DNA of 64,000 nucleotides, from assembly GCF_001194135.2 (NCBI RefSeq), contig NC_068981.1, positions 5,699,998-5,763,997 on the forward strand. Reading direction: 5' to 3'. Position numbers and translations under genes: made by a program. Positions 49,236 to 62,773 of the stretch are shown here, in pieces. The stretch's first letter is position 1, and each line of letters begins with the position of its first letter. This DNA is from Octopus bimaculoides (Eukaryota). The notes beneath the pieces are model-generated. The model was not told where the DNA came from and did no database searches. It saw only the letters and a program-made list of their open reading frames with translations.

Positions 49236-51954
49236 CACACAACACCAGAGGATATTGGAATATCATATTTCATACATGATATACTTCCAGAATAATTCCA
49301 AATATCTGAATCTGTTTAGTTTCTTTCAGTTTTTCTCTAGAAATCCCCACAAAAATATTGGAAATTAGCCAATTATATTATTTTTTTCATGCTATCCAAT
49401 TATTGGTTTACCTTCATTACCAATGGAATCATTACCATTTCAACAGGAGCAGCACCTCATTAGTAAAGGAGCTCAAACAACATTGCAATGAGGCATTCAA
49501 AAATCTGGAGACTAATTAATGACGGCACGGAAGAAGACAAGGCTGAAGATCAGAGCTAAAGATGTCTGGAATTACCAATTTAAGCCAAAATTACAATCTG
49601 TGTATCATACTAAATGTATATCTTATCTTTTTCTTGTTTCACTCGTTAGACTTTGGCTATGTTGGAGCACCACCTTAAGGGATTTTAGTCAAAAGAGTCG
49701 ACCCCAGTATTTATTTTTTTGTAAAGTGTTTATTTTATTGGTCTCTTTTGCTGAACTGCCAAGTTATAGGGACATAAACACACCAGCACCGGTTGTTAAG
49801 TGGTGGTGGTGGAGGCAAACATTTTTTTTCTCTCTCTCTATATATATATACACACATATAGATGCATACATACAAGGGCAACCAGCTATAGAAACCATAC
49901 CAAAGCAGACAGTTGGAGTTCTCTGGCATTGTCCAGCTCCGGTCAAATTGTCCAACCCATACCAGCATAGAAAATGGATATTAAATGATGATCAACTCCT
50001 CCTCTCGTATCTGGAGAGAAGCTTCCATCTCAGTTGGTTTCTAGTCTTTCACCACTCAAGATACTGTGAAATGGTGCACACAAAAGTTTCTGTTGGCATT
50101 GGGTTTTTTTTCTTTTTTTTTTTTTTCTGTTGGTCAGGTAAGAAAATCAAACACTCCCTACGTATCACTGCCATGGTAGCCTTAGAAATCATTTAATGTC
50201 TACTTTCCATGCTGGCATGGGTTGGACAGCTTGACAAGAACTGGCAAGGACAGGAGCTGCACCAGGTTTCATAATCTGTTTTGTCATGGTTTCTATGGCT
50301 GGATGCCTTTCCTAATGCCAACCACTTTACAGAGCGTACTGGGTGCTTGTTACATGGCACCAGCAGCAGTCTTCAATATTCCGTTGTCTCTAAATCTTCC
50401 GGATGGTCTTCTATTAAACACCCAACCTATATATTTGTGAATCAAAATGACCATCATTCCAATAGTGGCCTTGTTCCACCTCACAACCACAAAACCTTTG
50501 ACTGTCCTGTGGGGTAGAGGCAGTAGTGGGTGCTCCTCCTACTCTTTCTGGTCATTATCTGTTGGTGTTTGTTCTTCAGTTTTGCTTTGACCCTATGTCC
50601 AGTTTTTACCCTTCAAGTTCTCATCTCATCTGCCTCATCACAAAACAATAGAAGTAGCACTGTCGGTAACGATCAAGCAAAGGGGTGCCTGGTCATTGTC
50701 AACCTCTTCTCTCCTCTCTGAAACTATGACCTATGGTACTTTGGACACTGATGCCTCTGTCATTTCTCATACTTTTCCTTCCTTTTTAGCTCTTTTCCAG
50801 TTCTTCAAGTGACTTTTGCTTCCACATGTGTAGCAACAAAGCCTTCTTGCATCACAAGCTTCATGCTCTTTGCTTCTTCACTGGTGATGGGGTACATGTC
50901 CAGTATAGTCCAGTGGCTTTGTATAAGTCCATCTTGACCACCCCCTCCTGGTCACCTATCACTTCTCGTCCCCCTCTGTGGTGACCACCTGCTCACACCA
51001 TGGAGCAAACTTTTCCAAGTCAGAGGTCAATATCTTTGTCAATGCCTATGACTATTACCCAAGTCTCATCAGTTCAATAATCAATAATAAATGTGTCTCT
51101 TACAGGTATAAAGGCAGGACACTCAATGGTGTGTGTGTGTGTGTGGTGGTGGTGGGGGAAGGTTAGTTAGCCCGACACTAGCATGTGATTGTTTTATTGA
51201 CCCCTAGAGGAATGAAAGGTAAATATGGTCCCTGTGGGATTTGAACTCAAATTATAAAGAGCTGGAACAAATACCACAAGGCATTTAATCCTTTAGTATT
51301 TAAACTGGAGCAGTTCAGCAAATGAGACTGATAAAATAAGTTCTAGGTTTAATAAAGGGGGGGAAGGACCGGAATCAATTAATTCAACTAAAAAGTCTTT
51401 AAGGTTGTGCCCCAGCATGGCCACAGTTTTATGGTTGAAACAAGTAAAAGATAAAGAGATATCAATCAAGTCCAAACATTCTATCTGTTTTATCTTCAAA
51501 CTGGCCAGATCTGGCCTCTCACACTTACTTTACAATATTATTCTAAAAATAAACAATCACATCATTGAAATCTCAAAGCTACAATGTATTGTAGGACTGA
51601 AAATCAATGTGAACAAAAACATTTTATATTTGACAGAGAAATCTGAATGCTAAACGATTAAATGGGAAATAGCTTGTATCCATACTACTACTACTACTAC
51701 TATTACTACTACTACTACATCACATGATATCAGTGACAGGACTTCAAGACAATAAGATAAGGCAGCTGCTGAATTGAAAAGGTTTCAAGCAACCAAATTC
51801 TGTTGTAATATTAATTATTCCTCCTCAAGTGGTTTGTGACTATTTTCAAAAGAAAATATCAAAATTGGATCTGAAAGACTAAAAAACGTTCGTTTCGATT
51901 TTCAAATTATGAATGAATGGAAGAATTTAGCAATGTTAGCAATGACTCAACTAT

Positions 51955-52383
51955 TTACATTTGACGGATATTTGTCCTCCTCTTGTTTGTTGTTAACACA
52001 ACGCTTCGGCTGATATACCCTCCAACCTTCATCAGGTGCCTGGGGGGAATTTCGAACATGGGTTCTCATTCCTAAGGTATTTTTCTGACATTATTATTAT
52101 TATTATTATTATTCAGGTCACTGCCTGGAATTGAACTCGGAATCTTGGGGTTAGTAGCCTGCAATCTTAACCACTGCGCCATATGCCTGTGGGACTGAAT
52201 ATGACCTGAATAATAATAATAATACCAGAAAAATACCCAAGGAATGAGAACCCAGGCTCGAAATTCCCCCAGGTCATCTGATGATGGCTGGAGAGTACAC
52301 CAGCTAAAAATTTACGTTAACAACAAACAGGAGGAGGACAAATATCTGTCAAATGTAAATAATGTAAATAATTCCTCATCTCT
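51955..52383. mobile_element. Inverted pair of Penelope terminal-repeat units, both with defective hammerhead cores
   Basis: 51955-52191 (minus, with tRNA head; GAAA to GAAG) and 52201-52383 (plus, no head; GAAA to AAAA). Confidence 0.82.
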
Positions 52384-53894
52384 CAAAGGACAACTATTTT
52401 AGGCACCAATCTTCTCTTCCTCCTCATTATCATCTTCTTGCTCACCATCTCCATCGTCTTCCTCTTCTCATCCACAGACCAGAGACACAAATCAAACACT
52501 TGTGGAGTTAAGTCTGTCAAAGGCACCCAGGGACCCAATGGTAGGGCAAAACTGAGCAACAGATTGAACCTTGGTTTCAGCATTTTGGTTCGCAAGATTC
52601 TTGATGTGAAATCTTGTGATTGGGACTTGGAAAAAAATTTTGTTCTATCCTGGGAGGGTCATTAAACAAATAGTAATACTCTCCAACTCCCTTGGTCAAG
52701 TGTCTTGGACTGGCCAAAGCCTTGCAAGTGGGTTTGGTAGACAGAGACAGAAAGAAGTCCAAGTGTGTGGGTGTGTGTGTGTGTTTATGTATGTAAGCTT
52801 GTGTACATATGTGAGTATGTGTGTGTGCCTGTTGCCATGTGTGTGTATGTATGTATGTGTATATGTCTATGTGTGAATGCATGTATTTATGTGTGTGCAC
52901 GTGCACGTGTATGTATGTGCGTGTGGGTGTTCCTCATCACCACTTGACAACTGGTGTTGGTGTGTTTACATCCCCATAACTTAGTGGTTTGGCAAAAGTG
53001 ACTGAAAGAATAAGATCTAGGTCTTAAAAAAAAATATCCTGAGGTTGATTCATTTGACTAAAAATTTAAGGTGGCGCCCAAGCAGGGTCACAGACTAAGG
53101 AGTGAAAAATTGAAACAAGTAAAAGACAAAAGCTACAAACACACACACACACACGTGCATGCATGTGTGTGTGCATGCGCCCTTATGAGTAAGTGAAACG
53201 AAATGGCAGTAGCACTTGACATATTTGATAGGAGTTATATTTCTTAATAACAATTTGGCTCAGCTCCATGAAGAATTCCGGGGGATCATAAAACATGTCC
53301 CTCTCGTCAGGGGTTAGGAGCAGGGTCAGAGTTTTGAGAGACATTCAAAATGGCTTCAAAGTGTTATTTCAATTTTCAAAATGACTTCCCCAACATCAAA
53401 TGGGGTATCATTGACAGGATCCCTTCCTTACTCACCTGGAGTTCATAGTTGCCAACCCCTCTGCAAGGGACTACACATGCTCCACCAACAAAAAGAATGA
53501 ACTAATTGTTACCACCAAAGATACTCCTGTTAATAAACTGCAAGTCACTAGCAGCTAACAAACCATATAAAACAGCCAGGGTTTATCTGACCCACACATA
53601 CAGACAGGGTTTTTAATCCCTGCTGCCCATATAGACTACAGCCGACCCATGTTGGTAATTAGCCTCAGTTCTTACCCAACACCATCAAATTTGATTGCTC
53701 CCACGTAAAAACTGCTATCACTAACAATCCTTTCTACTGTAGGCACAAGGCCTGAAATTTGTGGGGAGGGGACTAATTGATTACATTGACCCCCAGTGTT
53801 TCACTGGTACTTAATGTATCGACCCCGAAAGGATGAAAGACAAAGTCAACCTCTGCAGAATTTGAACCCAGAACATAGCGGCAAGCAAAATACC

Positions 53895-54119
53895 TATTTC
53901 TGTATTGCCCACAAGAGGCTAAACATAGAGGGGACAAACAAGGACAGACAAAGGGATTAAGTCGATTACATCGACCCCAGTGCGTAACTGGTACTTAATT
54001 TATCGACCCCGAAAGGATGAAAGGCAAAGTCAACCTCGGCGGAATTTGAACTCAGAACTTAACGGCAGACGAAATACCGCTAAGCATTTCGCCCGGCGTG
54101 CTAACGTTTCTGTCAGCTC
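53895..54119 (+). mobile_element. Young SINE inserted into an older copy of the same family, 17-bp TSD
   Basis: GCGGCAAGCAAAATACC at 53878-53894 and 54120-54136; body nearly identical to 44685-44900. Confidence 0.85.
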
Positions 54120-54629
54120 GCGGCAAGCAAAATACCACTAAGCATTTCATTCAGCCAGCTTGTTGCCTTAATAATGACCCTTTCTGAAAAGCAAAGTTGA
54201 CCTTGGCAGAATTTGAACTCAGAACGTAAAGACTGATGAAATACTGCTAAGCATTTTGCCTGGTGTGCTAACGATTCTGCCAGCTCACCGCTTTCTTGCT
54301 AAGCTGCTGACCCCTACCATGATCTGAACCCAATACAAAGAACTGATGTCACTGACTACACCATACTGCAGCCTGCTGCCAAAACGACACCAGAACCCCC
54401 ATCAACATCCTTTCTACACATGTAGCCTTGAAAATAGGCAAAACAGCCAGAGATCTCTTTTATAGCATTAATACCACATGAGCTGACCAATAAAAGCCTA
54501 GCACCCAGAAGCCATCTTGACTTTCTCTCAAAACACTGTAGCATCTGATGAGATGAACGTGCTCTATGTGCCCACAAAACTAAGCCTTGTGGAGCTGAGT
54601 TAAAATGTTATTAAAAAATCACATGAATA

Positions 54630-55094
54630 CAGACTTGTTACCAGTTCAAATATGTTTTGTGGCATATTTGGACCTGTAAGAAAGTCATTCACTGTAATTT
54701 ATCTTGGAGAATATCTCTTGTTGTAGACAAAGAGGTGTAGATACACTGAGCCAGCTTACAGCACCCTCTGACCAGTCTGTTGGATGGATGCATTTCAGAG
54801 TGGTTATCTCCTCTTCAGCAACAGAGACCAGACAGAGACAGGAATATCAAAAGAGAGACCTGTCTCGTGTCAGTTTGCAGTGTCTGCTTTTCCAGTCTCT
54901 GGTGCTGAAGAGGAGATAACCATTCTGAAATACATTCATCCAGTAGTATGGTTAGGGGATGCTGTGAACTGACTTGGTGTTTTCTACATCTATCTTGTCT
55001 ACCGGGAGAAATTTCCTCCATGACAAAATATAGCGAATAGCTTTCTTACAGGTTCGAATATACCTCAGACATATTTTAGTAGGTAATAAGTCTG
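54630..55094. mobile_element. Fold-back Tc1/mariner-type MITE, 465 bp
   Basis: TA|CAGACTTGTTACC ... GGTAATAAGTCTG|TA; arms of about 200 bp pair along their whole length, best-conserved near the loop. Confidence 0.82.
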
Positions 55095-58000
55095 TATCTA
55101 TACACATCACAGCTTTGTGCTATCAACCTGGATAAAAATTACCAAACACACAATTGAATCTAAAAAAACTTCCATAATAAATATTCTCAATTAGGAATTT
55201 AGATTTACAATTTAGAAAATCTTTCATTAAATAATAAACGAGGAATGTAATTATTTTTAATGACTGCTCTGATCTAATAACATTTAAAACAGTTGGTTGT
55301 CAATATGACAAGTCACGAACAAGTTTAAGAATGTTAATGCAAAAAAATTAGAATTTAAATATTGCTGCTGTAACTGGCAAATAAACAATTGTTTATCAGT
55401 TAAAATTGTATAATCTTCTGCAGATTCTCATGTCTAAGCAAGACAATTGATGAAATTAAGAGATAAATAAATAAATCACATAGTAATGAAACTGTTAAGT
55501 ATGACAATTAACAAAATGTTTTAACAAAAAGAAGAAAAAAAGTTTGGATTGAATTTTTTTTTAAATCCCAGTGAAACAGCTGGAATATTCTGGAATAATT
55601 TTATGTAAGCAGAGAAACAAAATATGTTGCCAAAGAACTTGGAACAGGTGTTGGTGGACATGGAAGATTGTGTGTTTGTGTTTTAGAGAAATTAAATATT
55701 GAATTGTATGAGAAACAATCAATAGCCATGATGACTAAGAATGGTACTGGGACACAAAATAAACAACAAAACAAAACAATTCAACAATGGCACTTGAGCT
55801 GCCAGAAATAGCAACCAAACTTTCCTCAAATTGTACATTACCTTATAAAACAAAGGTTGTATATAATTTAGTCCTTTAAATAACATGTTTGAAAAGAAAA
55901 TTTTAATATGAGACAGTCATAGATGGAACATCGAGTCTGTTGACTTAGGGATGACCTGGGGTTGTACAACAATAAGAAACAACAAAAATACTGATAAAAT
56001 GCCTTCCCCACCATCACCAAATACCATTTTTTTTTGTAATTTCAAGGCAAATAATATCTTATGCAAATGGAATCGTCATCATCATTTAATATCCATTTTC
56101 TCATGCTTGTGCTGGAAACAGAATTTGGTTAAGCAGAGTTTTTACAGCTGGATGCCCTTCCTGTCACCAACCTACTCCTGTTTCCAAGCAGGGTAATAGT
56201 TTCCCTGTGGACAGACATGTTTTCCAGGGAAGACAGGAAATGAACACCATCACTTCTATGATGGTGATGCACATATACAACCATCAAGACAAAGAAATGC
56301 TAACACACACACACACAAATCTGTAGTAAGACATAAATTTATTTTTTTACTGCAGCAGGGTTTAGTTGTTTGGGGCAAACGCTGACCACTTAAGGTTGGC
56401 GTTGTGCAAATTTAAACAACTTCTGCCCAAGTTGAAAACGCTTTTAAAAACAGTTGAGTTAGTTAGCATGAAGGCGTTGAACTTTTAACAATGTACTCCC
56501 AAGCTTCTCATTCTGTCAGCTTCACCTAGAACCTGGAAGATTGTTCAATTTCTTAGTTACTATGACTACTGAGCCAAGTTGTTTTTAGCAAGTCAAAATC
56601 ATTACGTTCACTTTTTCACTTGGCATTTGTCTTCTTTTTTAAGCCATTATGAAGCTTATTATATCATTTTACTATGTTTGCTGAAATTGACTGCTTCAGC
56701 AAGACTAGTTGTCTGGCTTTGTACTATGGGATTAATATCCAGTACCAAACTAAAGAACCTGTAAAAATTACTAAGTGCAATCAAATATATTCACGTCTTG
56801 CTATGTTATTCCTGTCTGGCTGAAGGTTTAAATTTTGATCGTTTACACACACAGGGAATATTCCTGTAATACATGTTTGTTCAGCATTGTTTTGAAAAAA
56901 AACTAAATAAAAGTGTCACATTTTGAACTTGAATACAACTCATTGTTTTCTGATTCTTTCTGTGTAGAATTTGTCAAACATCTATTTTTGCTAAACATCT
57001 TTATAAGCAGCAGGTTTCTTTCACTTTCAGTCTACCAAATCTACTCAAAGATCTGGTCACGCCAAGAAAATACTTGTTGCGTCATGCAGTAGGACTGAAC
57101 CTGAGACCAGATGGTTTGGAAGCAAGCTTCTCAACTGCAGCCACACCTGTAGCAATGACAAACCATTGGTAGAAAAGCATGCTGTGAGCAACGGTTTACA
57201 TTGAACAAAGACTTCAGCCTGAAAGTAAGATAAGTCTTCTGTAAAGGGGATCAACCAGTTAACAAATCAGATAAACCATAAATAAATCTCTAAGGGATTA
57301 GGACACATGTCACAAATCATAATCCTTGAGTCAACAAATCTAAAACAGGCAAAATGACTTTGGTTAAAAACATGTCCAATAGTCAATAATATACAAAAGG
57401 AAAAAAGTGGTCCCTGGGGCAGGATGTGCTCACTAACCTTGGCAGCCCTTGGGGAACAATGAGTTCACTTTTGGTGGCCCCTGAGGGACAATCACTTCAC
57501 TGACCCTTTGTAACCCCCTAAACCATAATTACATCTTTGACATTTTCCTATTTTGCTTTTTGAAAATTTAGGCTGATTTTGTGGGTTTTTTTTTTTTGTT
57601 TTTCTCTCTTCAATGATTATTATTCAGTCCCGGGTCATAAAGACATTCCAACCATGATCTTTCCTGCTTGTCCAAGTAGGAAATGCAGGTACTACTTTTT
57701 TTTTTTATAAAGAATTGTCAAAAACTAGAATATATAACTGTGATTACCCTATTCATGTTCAAATCTACTGGACTGTATTAAAACTGGCACACTCTGTCGG
57801 TTACCAGGACAAGGGTTCCAATTGATCCGATCAACAGAACAGCCTGCTGAGGAAATTAAACAAGCAAGTGGCTGAGTACTCCACAGACATGCATACCCTT
57901 AATGTAGTTCTCGGGGTGATTCAGCGTGACACAGAGTGTGACAAGGCTGGCCTTTTGAAATACAGGTACAAATTTTTTCCAGCTGGGTTGACATGGAGCA

Positions 58001-58199
58001 ACATGAAGTAAGGCCTCTTGCTCAAGGATGCAATGCACAACTGGGAATAGAACTCACAACCTTATGAACAGGAGCTGAACACACTAACCACTGAGCCACA
58101 CGACTGGAATCTATTAAGAATGACTATGTAGGTTACTGTTTTGACTTTTGTTGTTCACCATGCACAAGACAATTTATTATTGGTCGGCTGACATCAGCA

Positions 58200-59330
58200 G
58201 GCATCAGAAAATAATTTGTTTACTGAATTCTATAAAGAAGACCCTTGGATAGATTCATTGGTCTGGAGTAGTTTTGACTGAAGAAATCATTAAGGTTGAA
58301 ACACTGGTGTCTCAAAGTTTCCTCACATCAATGAACCAAATGTGCTGTGAACACGGATTCATCTGAAAGGAGTTGTTCTCCAATAACAAAATACAACAGA
58401 GCACTCGACATATTCACGTCATAATCTACTAAAATGTATTGAGATTGAATAGATGCGCTACCATTTTAATTCTTACTGTTCTGCATGTATCTGTAAATGA
58501 TCTTGGCAGACATCAAAATATTTTCAACAAATTACATGTTCATGGATTTCTATAAACAGGCACTAATAATCTGGTTAAATTCATTGATCTGGGGTAACTT
58601 TGTCTGAGGAGACAGAATAAAATCAAAACACCATGATGTCTCAAAGTCCCCATACATCAATGAATCACATGTCTTCTGAAAACACATCATGTAAAGGGCT
58701 GAAGTGTTCTCCAAAGATGAAACACAACAACAATCAGCATATTCAATGTTCAAATCTGAACACATTAAGAATGAATAGATAAGTTACTGTTGCATAAAAT
58801 ATATTAGTTTACCATCTTCCTAAAATTAGGCAGGATTACAGTAGATGCTTCAACCACAATTGGGATAGTGCCATTACTGCACTAGCAGACATCCCAAACA
58901 GCACCATCTGCCAATATTCAGTGAATGTCAGTGGCATCAGAAGAAGTACAAGAGCCAGGAGGATTTGTGCTCAGTGAAGTCAGGGAAAATGAATACTTCA
59001 GAGTGAGGTGGAGTGATGTTAATGGAAAACTTGAAAAAGATGTCAAATAATTGCTGGTTGTTGGAGGAGTTCAGAGAGTGGCAGCGAGAATAGATTAATA
59101 TAAAGAAATGAAAAAGAGAGCACAAGAGAGTAACATGGAAGTCTTTGTAAAATCCAGGAATGTGAGAGAAGTGAATGGTAAAGAGGCTGGATCCTAAATG
59201 TTTGCAGATATATCCTTTCAAGGTGACATTGGAATAAAGTGGACAATCTATGGTTAGTGAATGAATAGATTTGTCTATCAAGGTTTCCAAGCAATCCTGC
59301 AGCAGAAATAGAGGTTCTGAGTTTAAATTC
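58200..59330 (-). mobile_element. Old decayed LINE RT C-terminal region with an internal duplication
   Basis: Minus translation KHLGSSLFTIHFSHI... loosely resembles the KYLG-containing RT thumb region; many stops. Confidence 0.35.
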
Positions 59331-60367
59331 TGCCTGGGTATTAAATATACAAATACTTTTCTATTAGGAAACATGAATGTAATCAGGAAACAAGATCAAT
59401 TGAAATAAATCTGTAATTGCTTCCTAAGTTTGGTCAGTCTTTTAAGGAGCATTGCATTGATTAGGTTTTATGATGTCAAAGGAATATAATATTTGAGTAG
59501 GACACCATTCTTCAAAGAAAATATTTCCTGGTGATCTGATATTTATCTTTAACAATGGAGTGAACCAAGGAAATTTAGGGCAGTATATTGTCAGAACCCA
59601 CAACTATGCTCATAAAAATTCTAATAGTGCAGGTCCTCCAATATCTTTATATTTCAGGTGATCTTATTTCTCGAATTGAAACGGCGCAGAACATAACAAA
59701 ACAGTAGGTTAACACGGTTATGGTTGAATAACATCGAACGTTTAAATGCTTAATGTTAGGAGTCATCAATATAAAGAAATATTGAATAATAATAAGAAAA
59801 ATAAAAGCTGTGACTGTTTGAAAGTAAGATCCGAATTAGTTTGTGTTAGGAGACAATACTGATCTATGCTGACAAAGCGCAGAATCAAGTGTGTGTTGAG
59901 GGGGCGCAGGGAACTACAGCAACAGAACAACACAACAGTAACATCAATAAAAGATGACAATACAAGAGTTAGAAATAATTGAAGCATTTACTGAACATTA
60001 GTCTTTAGTTCTTCAATTCCTGTTCTAGACATGGTTTTACATTTCAAAGAATAGCAAAGAATACCTCTAACTTATTCAAACAAATTCTTACTAGTGTAAC
60101 ATTAAGAATATGATAAAAACATCAATTTGGGAAAGGTAAAAAGCAACAGACAGAACTCATACCAGATCACAATTTATTGGGAGACTTACATTTTTTAAAT
60201 GCACCACAGAACACCCGCTGTTTATAACATAACTTACTAATTGTGCTGCAGAGAATTTACCATTTTCAGTTTAATTCTATCCATTATTCTTACAAATATA
60301 GTTTGGTACAAGTCAGAAAACCAGAAAATAATAAAAGTGAAGAGGTTTAGAATTTCTAATTACTTAC

Positions 60368-60497
60368 ATTTATTCCTTCAACTTTTTCTCCAATTGCTTC
60401 AATGACTCCGGCACATTCGTAACCCATGATTACAGGAGTCTTAGGGGGATTGTCGATTACACCTTGGCGCAGCACCAAATCCAGAAAGTTGACACCA
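60368..60497 (-). CDS. VAT1L: VAT-1 homolog-like protein, first coding exon visible in window (probably exon 2): (C)GVNFLDLVLRQGVIDNPPKTPVIMGYECAGVIEAIGEKVEGIN
   Basis: 130 nt; acceptor ttttctAG, donor GTAAGT; phase 2 to 0. MDR GroES-like domain motifs GVNFxDL and GYECAG typical of the VAT-1/QOR family. Not in the supplied ORF track. Confidence 0.92.
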
Positions 60498-60779
60498 CTA
60501 GAAAAGAAAAAAAGAGCTGAAGATGAACTAAATAAACAGAAAGATTAAACAGCCTTAAACAAACAAACTAAAGAGTCTTGGTATTATTGCTATGGCAGAG
60601 TCAGCATTATTGTGATGGTGGGCCCAGCACCAGCCATTGTGATGGAAGACCAGTGTTATTGCAATGACAAGCCAGCATTATAATGACAGTCCACCTGACA
60701 TTATGTGCTCCATAAAGCCTTCTGGAATTACTATTTTTAATGCTGTTTATAAGATTATCCTAGAGTCCTCCAGGCTGTA

Positions 60780-61849
60780 ACAAAGGAATTCAAAACTGGC
60801 TGTCCCTAGGAGGTCCTCTAAGCTGATGACCTTGTTCTTATAGGTGAATCCCTACCTGACCTAGAAAAGAAATTTCCGGTGTGGAAACAAGGCCTGGAAT
60901 CTAAGGACCTTAGAGACAATGTAGCAAAAAACAAAGTCCAAGTAAATAGGAAAACAAATAACAAGACCATTCTGGGCTCTGCTCAATAGAGTTGGTAGAA
61001 ACTCCATACATTGTACAAAGTTCAAGCTTTAGACACATAAGAGGTGTAGTGGTATCACAGGAAGGTTAATTGAGAAAATAGTCTTTGTGTGTGGCAAATG
61101 CGCAGGTAGAATAAGCACTAAAAATGTACAGACAACAGAATCCCTCAAATGCTTGGTGGAAATCATTAGAAGCAGTAGACGGCTTCTGTTACGTAGGAGA
61201 CCAAGTTATCAGTGGTGCAGGAAGTTTGGAAAGTATAGTTGCTAGAATAAGAACAGGCTGGGCAAAGTTCAGAGATCTAACTTTGTTGGTAACTAAGAGC
61301 TTCTTCCTCAGAATGAAAGGCAGATTGTATGATGTTTGTGTATGAACAGCTATGCTACATGGCAGTGAAACATGGGATTTTACTACAGAGGAAATGCAAA
61401 GGCTTGAAAGAAATGAACCTAGCATATTCTGCTGGTTGGGTAACGTCAGTGTGCATACATGGCCGAGTGTAAGTGATTTAAGAGGAAACCTGGGTACGAG
61501 AGGCATTAGATGTGCGCAAGAGAGATGACTGCACTGGTTTGGTCATGTGATGCATATGGATGAGGACAGCTGCATAAAGGAGTACCAAACTCTAATTGTG
61601 GAGGGTACCTGTGGAAGGGGTAGACCTAGGAAGACATGGGACAAAATGAGAAAGAAACTTCAGATGTTGGGCCTCACCAAGGAAATGACGAGACTGGGAG
61701 ATGAGGCAACTTGCTGTACTTGATAAGATACGTCAAGCTAAGTAAAAATTACTGTTTTCCACACAGAGAGGCTTGTCATTTCAGGTGCCAGTGACACACA
61801 AAAAGCACCGATGCTGGTGCTGCATAAACGCACCTGTGCCAGTGACTTG
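60780..61849 (+). mobile_element. RTE-clade LINE, RT C-half pseudogene
   Basis: L*ADDLVLI (YADD with stop) at about 60817; FCYVGDQ...ARIRTGWAKFRDL...KGRLYDVCV; GHVMHMDEDSC...GRGRPRKTW; frameshifted; ends at N-gap. Confidence 0.88.
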
Positions 61850-62711
61850 NNNNNNNNNNNNNNNNNNNNNNNNNNNNNNNNNNNNNNNNNNNNNNNNNNN
61901 NNNNNNNNNNNNNNNNNNNNNNNNNNNNNNNNNNNNNNNNNNNNNNNNNNNNNNNNNNNNNNNNNNNNNNNNNNNNNNNNNNNNNNNNNNNNNNNNNNNN
62001 NNNNNNNNNNNNNNNNNNNNNNNNNNNNNNNNNNNNNNNNNNNNNNNNNNNNNNNNNNNNNNNNNNNNNNNNNNNNNNNNNNNNNNNNNNNNNNNNNNNN
62101 NNNNNNNNNNNNNNNNNNNNNNNNNNNNNNNNNNNNNNNNNNNNNNNNNNNNNNNNNNNNNNNNNNNNNNNNNNNNNNNNNNNNNNNNNNNNNNNNNNNN
62201 NNNNNNNNNNNNNNNNNNNNNNNNNNNNNNNNNNNNNNNNNNNNNNNNNNNNNNNNNNNNNNNNNNNNNNNNNNNNNNNNNNNNNNNNNNNNNNNNNNNN
62301 NNNNNNNNNNNNNNNNNNNNNNNNNNNNNNNNNNNNNNNNNNNNNNNNNNNNNNNNNNNNNNNNNNNNNNNNNNNNNNNNNNNNNNNNNNNNNNNNNNNN
62401 NNNNNNNNNNNNNNNNNNNNNNNNNNNNNNNNNNNNNNNNNNNNNNNNNNNNNNNNNNNNNNNNNNNNNNNNNNNNNNNNNNNNNNNNNNNNNNNNNNNN
62501 NNNNNNNNNNNNNNNNNNNNNNNNNNNNNNNNNNNNNNNNNNNNNNNNNNNNNNNNNNNNNNNNNNNNNNNNNNNNNNNNNNNNNNNNNNNNNNNNNNNN
62601 NNNNNNNNNNNNNNNNNNNNNNNNNNNNNNNNNNNNNNNNNNNNNNNNNNNNNNNNNNNNNNNNNNNNNNNNNNNNNNNNNNNNNNNNNNNNNNNNNNNN
62701 NNNNNNNNNNN

Positions 62712-62773
<62 letters not shown>

